From Campylobacter sp. (lineage in GTDB: Bacteria; Campylobacterota; Campylobacteria; Campylobacterales; Campylobacteraceae), in NCBI RefSeq assembly GCF_030528245.1, contig NZ_JAUMZG010000001.1, positions 9,974-73,973 on the forward strand: DNA of 64,000 bases. Reading direction: 5' to 3'. This document shows positions 54,782 to 62,322 of this stretch, piece after piece. Numbering within the stretch: position 1 is the stretch's first letter; each line of letters opens with the position of its first letter. The notes beneath the pieces are model-generated. The model ran no database searches, was not told the origin of the DNA, and worked only from the letters and a program-made list of their open reading frames with translations. The translations under genes and the position numbers were made by a program.

Positions 54782-55096
54782 ATGGGAAAGTATGTTGAAC
54801 TGACTTCAGAAAATTTTAGCACGGCTAAAGAAGGGGTGGCTTTGGTGGATTTTTGGGCGCCTTGGTGCGGACCTTGCAGGATGCTTGGTCCAATTATCGA
54901 TGAATTGGCCAATGACTTTGAGGGCAGGGCAAAAATTTGCAAGGTCAATACCGATGAGCAGGGGGATCTGGCCGCTGAATACGGGGTGCGATCCATCCCT
55001 ACTTTGATCTTTTTCAAGGACGGACAGGTGGCAGGGCAATTTGTCGGCGCACAGTCCAAGCAAAACATCGCCGACAAGCTCAATTCTCTTCTTTAA
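54782..55096 (+). CDS. trxA: Thioredoxin
   Basis: DFWAPWCGPC, SIPTL. Confidence 0.97.
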   Translation: MGKYVELTSENFSTAKEGVALVDFWAPWCGPCRMLGPIIDELANDFEGRAKICKVNTDEQGDLAAEYGVRSIPTLIFFKDGQVAGQFVGAQSKQNIADKLNSLL

Positions 55097-55100
55097 AAAT

Positions 55101-55127
55101 TTCAAGGCTGGGGATTCCAGCCTTGAA
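55101..55127. terminator. Probable bidirectional intrinsic terminator
   Basis: Perfect 11-bp stem TTCAAGGCTGG / CCAGCCTTGAA with a 5-nt loop, between converging trxA and the Hpt-like fragment. Confidence 0.75.
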
Positions 55128-55140
55128 GTTATCTTAAGTT

Positions 55141-55320
55141 TCAAGCCGTATTATGCGCTAAGGTATCAAGCTCCTTTATGGCCTCTTTGTATTTTATTTT
55201 ATCGCTACCCAGCTTGACAGTAAGGGGCTCAAATTCATCGCAGAATTTTCTAAAAAAGTGCAAAAATTTCTCCACCGCCTCGCCCTCATACTCAAGCTCT
55301 AATTTTGTCAAAATCCCCAT
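55141..55320 (-). pseudogene. Truncated Hpt-like (histidine phosphotransfer) protein, Cj1361c homolog
   Basis: MGILTKLELEYE...AIKELDTLAHNTA* matches the N-terminal half of the gene normally divergent from ruvB; stops where homologs continue with W. Own TGcTACAAT -10 at 55347-55355. Confidence 0.65.
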
Positions 55321-55358
55321 TTTCACCGCTTTAATTTTTTAGCACGATTGTAGCAAAT

Positions 55359-55961
55359 TTAAGCTAACACCTCCGCATAAGCCTCCCTCTCCCTCTCCTG
55401 CCATAACACCACGCTTTTTATACACTCTTTTTGGATAGCTTTGATAAAAGATTCTATAAAGTCAAAATCAATATTATGAGAATCTAAAACAGGCAGTAAA
55501 ATCTCTGTTTTATTGAAAGTCTTCTCAAAATCTCTCACTAAAACACCTTGAAAAATCTTTTGATTTTTATTTAGCCAAGCGATGAAAAATTGTGCGATTG
55601 TAGTATTGAGCCCATTAAATTTTGGATATAAAGTTTTAGTAAATTGCCCTGCATAAAAGTCCTTTTGCATATAGAAAAACTGCATTCCAAGCATACCTAC
55701 GGCTATGCTTTCTCCCTTGATTTTATGCTCCTCGTCCAAATACTCCACATAACCTGCTATGCCATTATTTAAACAAGTGCGCGTAAAGTAAGGGTATGGG
55801 GCATTTTCGCTAAAACTAAAACTATCCTTATTTAACTGCGGATTAGACTTCACACTAAAAAGCTCTTCACATTTAAAGCTTTTCCACTGAAGAGATGAGT
55901 GTGTAGAATCTGTGCTATAAGTTTTGCAAAACGCTTCATACTCACTAAGGGTAAATCTTAC
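55359..55961 (-). CDS. Out-of-frame third specificity module (TRD plus C-terminal helix) of the RM enzyme, reachable only through G-tract slippage
   Basis: Frame open from the last G of the tract: VRFTLSEY...QWKSFKCEELFSV...YPYFTRTCLNNGIAGY...IDFDFIESFIKAIQK...*; a stop lies just upstream of the tract in this frame. Confidence 0.8.
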   Translation of the reverse strand, partial: VRFTLSEYEAFCKTYSTDSTHSSLQWKSFKCEELFSVKSNPQLNKDSFSFSENAPYPYFTRTCLNNGIAGYVEYLDEEHKIKGESIAVGMLGMQFFYMQKDFYAGQFTKTLYPKFNGLNTTIAQFFIAWLNKNQKIFQGVLVRDFEKTFNKTEILLPVLDSHNIDFDFIESFIKAIQKECIKSVVLWQEREREAYAEVLA

Positions 55962-58900
55962 CCCCCCCCCCCGTTAATCACGGCATCATAAGCTTTTAGC
56001 TTAGTCTCCCAAAAAGCATAAATTTTTTCAATGTGCTGTTTTTCTATGGCTTTGATGAAAGTTTCCATAAAGGTAAAATTTATCGTGCCAGAATTTAAAA
56101 TAGGCAGCAAAACGCACACATTTTTTAAAACCCCCACATTAAAAGAGCTACTCCCCCAGCTAAAACTAGAAAAAGCCCTTTTCATCACAGCGATAAGAAA
56201 ATTTGCTTTATATCTATCTAAATTACCCTTTTTAAAAGTAAAGATTTTGATTTTATCACCTGTAAAATAGGGGCTTGTTTGATAAAAAATCGTAGCCGTA
56301 TCTTGCCCAAAGCTTATCGTATTTGCTTCGTTTAAAAAGGCTTCATCTTTATCAATATACCCACGAATTCCATTATTAGAATCCCCTCTTGCCACATAAG
56401 GATATTTTCCATTAAACCTAAGTTCATTAGCATTAAATTTTTTCTTAGGTGTGCTTACCTCAAACAACTCCCCAAGCTTAAATTCCCTCCACTCTATGCC
56501 CTCTTTTGCACTGCTAGATTCTAGCTCTTTTTGTGCGAGGGTGCTTAGGGCAGTGTTAGCAAAGCTCTGCCACTCTCTAGAATCTGTAAGCGTAGAATCT
56601 TGTAAGGCTTTAATCGGCATTTCGTGTGAAATGCCGATTACTCTCTCGTTTGGTATGCTTAGATTCTCAAAAGCTTTTAAGGCTTCTTTTTCTTTTTGCG
56701 TTAGGGTGTAATCATCTAAGCCTGTAACCTTAAGATAGGCTTCAAGTTCTTGAAGACGCTCGGCTTCAAGTTCTTTAATGTAGCTTTCCATAAAGTCAAA
56801 AGCGATTTGCTCGTTTAAAACGGGCAGGGTTATAAACTCCTTGGAAACCTTAGCCCAGCCTGATTTGTTGTTCCAGTTGTATTTTTGCAAGATTTTTTGC
56901 AAAAGTGAGGTAAGGTAAAGATAGCAAAGTGAGCTTAACTCCGCACCATCTTGCATAAATTCACTCCTAAAACGCAAAGCATACGCATCCTGCAAGATAG
57001 CAAATTCGTGCGGCTGATAAAAGGCCGGCGCATCGCCGTTTGCCGCTACTGAAATGACATTTTTTAAAATTTTTGCCCCGCCGCGTGGCATATAGCAGGC
57101 TATGCCTTGATTTACACTTGTGCAAGTAATGGCGGGTAGGTCGCACTCTGCACTCGGCTCTGTGGGTAAATTTCCCTTCGCGTAAGCGTGTTTTGTAGGT
57201 TTGATGTGCTCAAACAACTCCCCAAGCTTAAATTCCCTCCACGCGCCCCCGTTTTGCTTGAAGTCGTTTTCAAGCTTTGCTAAACGAGGGCTAAGGGCGT
57301 TTCCCTCCGTCCCACCTTGTGTAGAATTTTTCAGCACATTGCTTACTTCCCACGCTAGATACTCACTCACGCATTTTTTAAAGTCCGCCAAAGTGGGCGT
57401 TGTGTCTATCTTTTTATGCTGGTCAAAGTTCCAGTCCGCCCCACTTTCACTAATGAAATCTTCTACATACACTTCGCTTAAGTTAATGGGCTTTTCATAC
57501 GCATTATTGTCAATCTTGGCGTTCAAGCCCTGCTTGTAGATTTTAAGAATGTCTCGGTATCTTTGGGTGGGGTTATCCACTTCTTGCAAGCTTCTTTTTG
57601 TGCGTTTGTAGCCGTCATTTCTAAAGTCTATAAATTTCACAGGCTTTTCAAAATCGTGCGGGATTTTGGCCTCAAAGATATAAATGCTTGTTTGCACACC
57701 TGCCATAGGCTGAAATAAATCTATGGGCATTTTGATGCTAGCCTTTAGCGTGTGCTTTGTGAGTATGGACTGCGTGATGGGGGTGGCTTGTCCATTGCCC
57801 GCGCTATCTTGGATGATGATAGCTCCTAAGCCATGACGCTGCATCCTATCGAGTCCAAATTCTATAAAGGGCAGTCCGTTGTAATCCCAAGTGAAGGGGG
57901 GATTAAGCAAGATTCTCGTGGGGGCAAAGTTTAGATAAAGCGAGTCCTCTGTCTCAAAGGTATTGGCCTTATAAATTTTGCTCGAGCCATCCCCGCGTAA
58001 AATCATATTTGCAGTAGCTAGGGCAAACATCTCGGCGTTATACTCCACGCCTAAAAGCTGCTTGGTCTTAAGCTCTAAAATGGCTTTATTTGCCTGCGTG
58101 CTGTGCTTGCTGTGCTTTTTATAGACATCTTCTATCATTTGCTCCATACTGGAGATGAGAAATCCAGCTGATCCTGTGGCTAAGTCCATAACCCTATCTT
58201 CCTGTGTGATGTCTAGGATTTGAGTCATCATTTTGGTAACATAAGGGGGAGTTAGGACTATGCCTAGCTCCTTGCCATCGCCTAGGGCGTATTTTAAAAA
58301 CTCACTGTAACACTCACCCATAATGTCCAAATGCCCATTAAGCCCATCAATCTCTTTATAAATATGCGTGTAAATGTAGGCGAAAATCTGCTTATTGATA
58401 CTTGAGGGCTCTTTGAGAATGTGGGCTATGATTTTGTGGTTTGGATTTTTCTTCTCGCCCTCTTTGTAAGTGAAATTTTTAGGAATTTTATCCCTGTCGC
58501 TATCTTTTCTAATTTCATTGAAAGAATCTAACATAAGCTTTCTTTTTGCACCATCTGGGACCTTGACCTCTAAAAATTCTTTAATGCGCTCAAACACTCG
58601 CTCCCCATCTCTTAGCCCCTCATCTTGTCGGCCATGCAAATCATCCGGGCTTAGCCCCTTGGTCGGGATTTTATACTCGCTACGCATCACGCTTTGCATG
58701 GATAGAATCATACCTGCGATGTAAAGCACTCTTTGGGGGGCAGTGATGTTGTGATTGTGCATAAGCTTATTGAGCTGGGCACTATGGTAGGACAAATGCC
58801 CCTTAGCTCTTAATAATAGCTTATGCTTGTCCGCTTCTGTGAGCCTACACTCTTGCTCGTAAAAATTTGCAAAGCTGTGTGAATTTTCTAAAAAGTCTAA

Positions 58901-59398
58901 ATTCGCACCTTGTGTCTCCTTGTAGGAGAGCGAAGAGTCCGCAAAGACGCAAGCGATTTTTACCCTTACATTTTGCGCGCTATCGCCTGCTATGCCTATG
59001 GCGATGATTTCTTTGTAGGGATTTTGCTTTTGACTTTCATTTTGCAATGCCACCCTTGCATAATGCAAGGCCCCATTTAGGGCGTATTTGCTAATGGCAT
59101 CATTAGAAAAATCTAGAGCTTTTTCATTATCCTTTGCGTATTTTTCAAGCTTGCCAGCACCCAGCTTACACTCAAAAATAATGGGAATAATCCCATCATC
59201 AATCTTGTATTTTTCTATCACAAAATCAGGCACTCCCGTGCCGCTTTGCTTTTTAGTCTTGCTTGCGCCTTTTAGGGCGTCTTTGAGATAGGCGCTTGCA
59301 TCTTTTTCTAAAAAATCCTTGCCAAATTTCAACCCGATGGATTTTAGCCTACATCGCACCCACTCATCAACTAAAATTTCTTTCTTCCACGCGTCCAT
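55958..59398 (-). CDS. Single-chain restriction-modification enzyme: PD-(D/E)xK nuclease, gamma-class N6-adenine MTase and two TRDs (BcgI-like type IIB/IIG)
   Basis: PD...ECK nuclease motif, GIVLTP, DLATGSAGFL (motif I), NPPF (motif IV), two WREFKLGELFE-initiated TRDs separated by the ELEAERLQELEAYL helix. Confidence 0.9.
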   Translation of the reverse strand: MDAWKKEILVDEWVRCRLKSIGLKFGKDFLEKDASAYLKDALKGASKTKKQSGTGVPDFVIEKYKIDDGIIPIIFECKLGAGKLEKYAKDNEKALDFSNDAISKYALNGALHYARVALQNESQKQNPYKEIIAIGIAGDSAQNVRVKIACVFADSSLSYKETQGANLDFLENSHSFANFYEQECRLTEADKHKLLLRAKGHLSYHSAQLNKLMHNHNITAPQRVLYIAGMILSMQSVMRSEYKIPTKGLSPDDLHGRQDEGLRDGERVFERIKEFLEVKVPDGAKRKLMLDSFNEIRKDSDRDKIPKNFTYKEGEKKNPNHKIIAHILKEPSSINKQIFAYIYTHIYKEIDGLNGHLDIMGECYSEFLKYALGDGKELGIVLTPPYVTKMMTQILDITQEDRVMDLATGSAGFLISSMEQMIEDVYKKHSKHSTQANKAILELKTKQLLGVEYNAEMFALATANMILRGDGSSKIYKANTFETEDSLYLNFAPTRILLNPPFTWDYNGLPFIEFGLDRMQRHGLGAIIIQDSAGNGQATPITQSILTKHTLKASIKMPIDLFQPMAGVQTSIYIFEAKIPHDFEKPVKFIDFRNDGYKRTKRSLQEVDNPTQRYRDILKIYKQGLNAKIDNNAYEKPINLSEVYVEDFISESGADWNFDQHKKIDTTPTLADFKKCVSEYLAWEVSNVLKNSTQGGTEGNALSPRLAKLENDFKQNGGAWREFKLGELFEHIKPTKHAYAKGNLPTEPSAECDLPAITCTSVNQGIACYMPRGGAKILKNVISVAANGDAPAFYQPHEFAILQDAYALRFRSEFMQDGAELSSLCYLYLTSLLQKILQKYNWNNKSGWAKVSKEFITLPVLNEQIAFDFMESYIKELEAERLQELEAYLKVTGLDDYTLTQKEKEALKAFENLSIPNERVIGISHEMPIKALQDSTLTDSREWQSFANTALSTLAQKELESSSAKEGIEWREFKLGELFEVSTPKKKFNANELRFNGKYPYVARGDSNNGIRGYIDKDEAFLNEANTISFGQDTATIFYQTSPYFTGDKIKIFTFKKGNLDRYKANFLIAVMKRAFSSFSWGSSSFNVGVLKNVCVLLPILNSGTINFTFMETFIKAIEKQHIEKIYAFWETKLKAYDAVINGGGG
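55961..55972 (-). repeat. Homopolymeric G12 tract (contingency/phase-variation locus)
   Basis: C12 on + strand immediately before the RM stop codon; longest G/C run noticed in the window. Confidence 0.9.
56459..57242. repeat. Exact 34-bp direct repeat (56459-56492 and 57209-57242), 750 bp apart
   Basis: CTCAAACAACTCCCCAAGCTTAAATTCCCTCCAC occurs twice and encodes WREFKLGELFE on the - strand. Confidence 0.92.
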
Positions 59399-59494
59399 TC
59401 TTCTTCCTTTCCAAACAAAGCCCGCATTTTACCAACCTAAAACCAAGTTTCGCTAAACTCTCACCTTGTTTCCAAGCGTTTTAAGAGAGTAAAA

Positions 59495-60502
59495 ATGGAC
59501 AGAATCGTAGAGCTAGAAAAATTCTCCCCCGATGAGACTTACGAGACCTCTCTAAGGCCCTCAAATTTTGAAGGCTACATCGGGCAGGAGGGCATCAAAA
59601 AAAACCTCACCATCTTCATCGCCGCGGCCAAAAAGCGCAGCGAGTGCCTAGACCACATCCTCTTTAGCGGCCCAGCAGGGCTTGGCAAAACCACCCTAGC
59701 CAACATCATCGCCGCGCAAATGAGCGCTAGCATCAAAACCACCGCCGCTCCTATGATAGAAAAAAGCGGCGATTTGGCGGCGATTTTGACGAATTTGAGC
59801 GAGGGCGATGTGCTTTTCATCGATGAAATTCACAGACTTAGCCCCGCCATCGAGGAGGTGCTTTACCCTGCGATGGAGGATTACCGCCTTGACATCATCA
59901 TCGGAAGCGGCCCGGCCGCTCAAACGATAAAAATCGACCTTCCCAAATTCACCCTCATCGGCGCGACCACCCGCGCTGGCATGCTAAGCAACCCCTTGCG
60001 CGATCGCTTTGGGATGCAGTTTCGCCTTGAATTTTACAGCCACGAGGAGTTGGCCGAAATTCTCAAAAGAGCAAGCATAAAGCTTCAAAAAATTTGCGAG
60101 CAAGACGCCGCCCTTGAGATTGCCCGCCGCTCTCGTTCCACGCCCCGCATCGCCCTGCGGCTTTTAAAACGCGTGCGCGACTTTGCCGATGTGAGCGATG
60201 AGGAGCGCATCACCCTAGCTAGGGCGCGGGAGGCTTTGAATTCCTTAGGCGTCAATGAACTGGGCTTTGACGGGATGGATTTGCGCTATTTGGAGCTTTT
60301 GACAGCCCACCGGGGCCGGGCCCTGGGGCTTGCTAGCATTGCGGCGGCTTTGAGCGAGGATGAAAACACAGTCGAGGATGTGATCGAGCCCTATTTGCTA
60401 GCCAACGGCTACATCGAGCGCACGGCTAAGGGCAGGGTGGCGAGCGCGAAGAGCTACCGCGCCCTGAGGCTTGAGTATGATAAAAATTTATTTGAGGATT
60501 GA
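59495..60502 (+). CDS. ruvB: Holliday junction branch migration helicase RuvB
   Basis: [35 protein letters not shown]...RT.KGR. Confidence 0.98.
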   Translation: MDRIVELEKFSPDETYETSLRPSNFEGYIGQEGIKKNLTIFIAAAKKRSECLDHILFSGPAGLGKTTLANIIAAQMSASIKTTAAPMIEKSGDLAAILTNLSEGDVLFIDEIHRLSPAIEEVLYPAMEDYRLDIIIGSGPAAQTIKIDLPKFTLIGATTRAGMLSNPLRDRFGMQFRLEFYSHEELAEILKRASIKLQKICEQDAALEIARRSRSTPRIALRLLKRVRDFADVSDEERITLARAREALNSLGVNELGFDGMDLRYLELLTAHRGRALGLASIAAALSEDENTVEDVIEPYLLANGYIERTAKGRVASAKSYRALRLEYDKNLFED

Positions 60503-60505
60503 GCC

Positions 60506-61549
60506 TTGAAAAACGGGAAATTTTTTTTGATTGCCTTTATTTTGGTGGTTTTAGCCCTTTTGCTTTATCTTTTTAAAGATTTTTTGATGGTCATTACAAT
60601 CGCGAGTTTGATGGCGGTTGCTACGGCGAATTTGAACGCGAAATTTTTAAGCCTCGCCAAGGGGCAGCGCGTGGTCGCAGCAGCTGCGACGACGCTTTGC
60701 GTGATCTTGCTTTTTTTCGCGCCCTTCGTTTATACGGCGGTGGAGCTTGTCAATGCCCTGAAGGACTTTGATTTCAACCTCATCACGCAGACCTTAGAAT
60801 TTGTAAAAAACTACCACTTCTCCCTGCCCGAAAGCCTCAGTTTCCTAGAGCCCAAGATTAAAGAATTTCTAGCCGGGCTTGATCTTGGTAGCCTCTACAA
60901 ACAAGCGCTTGGCTTTGTTTCAAGCTTCACCAAGTCGGGTGCGAAATTTCTCATCGACATGGTGCTCATTTGCATTTTTTATTTCTTTGCGAATTTATAC
61001 GGCGCGCAGCTTGTCATCTACCTCAAATCCATCATCCCCGTGGAGAAAAAGGAGCTGGACGAAATTCTGGGCGAGGTGGGCAATGTGATGGCCGTGGTGC
61101 TTTATTCTATGGTGATTGTGGCGATTTTTCAGGGCGCCTTGTTCGCGCTTGTTTGTGCTTTTTATGGCTATGAGGCGCTTTTGATGGGCGTGGTTTTTGC
61201 GGTCAGCTCCCTCATCCCTGCTGTGGGCGGGGCCTTGATTTATGTGCCGGTGAGCCTTTATGAATTCGCCACAAATGGCCTCAGCGCGGCGGCGGGGATT
61301 TTCATTTATTGCGTGGTGGTGATTTCCTTCATCGCCGATACCCTCATCAAGCCCCTCATCATCAAGTGGATCAACGAAAGGCTTGTGAAAACCCCCACGC
61401 AGATCAACGAGCTTTTGATCTTCCTCTCCATGCTAGCAGGTATTTCAAGCTTTGGCTTTTGGGGGATCATCCTAGGCCCTGCGATTTTGACCTTTTTCAT
61501 CTCTACCATCAGGCTTTGGACGATTTTGAAGGCCAAGAATTTGATCTAG
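60506..61549 (+). CDS. AI-2E family transporter (AmaA/Cj1363-like)
   Basis: Multi-TM protein; IPAVG, D.LIKP, GFWGIILGP motifs; follows ruvB. Confidence 0.88.
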   Translation: MKNGKFFLIAFILVVLALLLYLFKDFLMVITIASLMAVATANLNAKFLSLAKGQRVVAAAATTLCVILLFFAPFVYTAVELVNALKDFDFNLITQTLEFVKNYHFSLPESLSFLEPKIKEFLAGLDLGSLYKQALGFVSSFTKSGAKFLIDMVLICIFYFFANLYGAQLVIYLKSIIPVEKKELDEILGEVGNVMAVVLYSMVIVAIFQGALFALVCAFYGYEALLMGVVFAVSSLIPAVGGALIYVPVSLYEFATNGLSAAAGIFIYCVVVISFIADTLIKPLIIKWINERLVKTPTQINELLIFLSMLAGISSFGFWGIILGPAILTFFISTIRLWTILKAKNLI

Positions 61550-61620
61550 CTCCGCACCCGCCGCGACAGTGAAATTTGCCCCCAGCACAAACCCTTCCCA
61601 GCGCATCCTGCGCGAGGAGG

Positions 61621-62322
61621 TCAGTGGATTTCAATCCCCCTATCGTTTAAATTTTTATAGGCCGCGCAGGCCTCTTGGTGCTTTTTATCACAAGCCATCC
61701 CAAAATAGCGCTTGGCCCTTTGCAAGTCCTTTTTTTCAAGCTCCTCATAGCGCCCCAGCTTGTAGCATGCCTCCCCAAGCCCCAAATTGCAGGAATTTGA
61801 GTAAGAAGCTAGAGCCTTTTTGGGGTTGGCCCGCACCCACTCACCTCGCTCATAGAGCAGTCCCAGCTTGTAGCAGGCCCTTGGGTCCTTGAGTTTGCAG
61901 GATTTTTGGTAAAAATACAGGACCAGCTCACCATCCCGCTCCCCCTCATAAAACGCGGCCAATGTGTTGCAGCTTTGAAAATCGCCCAACTTGCAAGCCT
62001 CATTGAAGGCCAAATTCGCCTCATTTTTCCGCCCCTCCTCCTCAAAACTGAGGGCCAAATTTGAACAAGCCTTTTTGAGGCCCAGCCTACAAGCCCTGCC
62101 GTAAAAATGCCGCGCCTTTTGCGCATCCTGCCCCACACCCTGCGCCTTCTCGTGCATCACGCCTAAGGAAAAGCACGCTTTGGGGCTATTTTTTTGACAC
62201 AAGGCCTCAAACATCGCGTAAGCCTTAGTGAAATGATTGTTCTCATAAAGCCCCAAGGCCCTCTGCAAATCGGCCCCCAGGGCTAAATTGAGGATAAAAC
62301 ATAGCATCAAAATTTTTTTCAT
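61621..62322 (-). CDS. Secreted Sel1-like repeat cysteine-rich protein (Hcp/Cj0413-like)
   Basis: Signal peptide; repeated AC..LG..Y..G...D..KA..YY.KAC units. Confidence 0.9.
   Translation of the reverse strand: MKKILMLCFILNLALGADLQRALGLYENNHFTKAYAMFEALCQKNSPKACFSLGVMHEKAQGVGQDAQKARHFYGRACRLGLKKACSNLALSFEEEGRKNEANLAFNEACKLGDFQSCNTLAAFYEGERDGELVLYFYQKSCKLKDPRACYKLGLLYERGEWVRANPKKALASYSNSCNLGLGEACYKLGRYEELEKKDLQRAKRYFGMACDKKHQEACAAYKNLNDRGIEIH

Noticed and set aside
55359-55853. ORF-track 164-aa protein as an independent S-subunit gene
   Set aside because: Its GTG lies inside the TRD, after the WKSF..ELF start motif, and has no clear RBS. The frame is open back to the G12 tract, so it is better explained as a slippage extension.
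61621-62322. Cys-rich repeats as a multihaem cytochrome or a novel repeat protein
   Set aside because: No CxxCH motifs; the pattern is standard Sel1-like/Hcp repeats.
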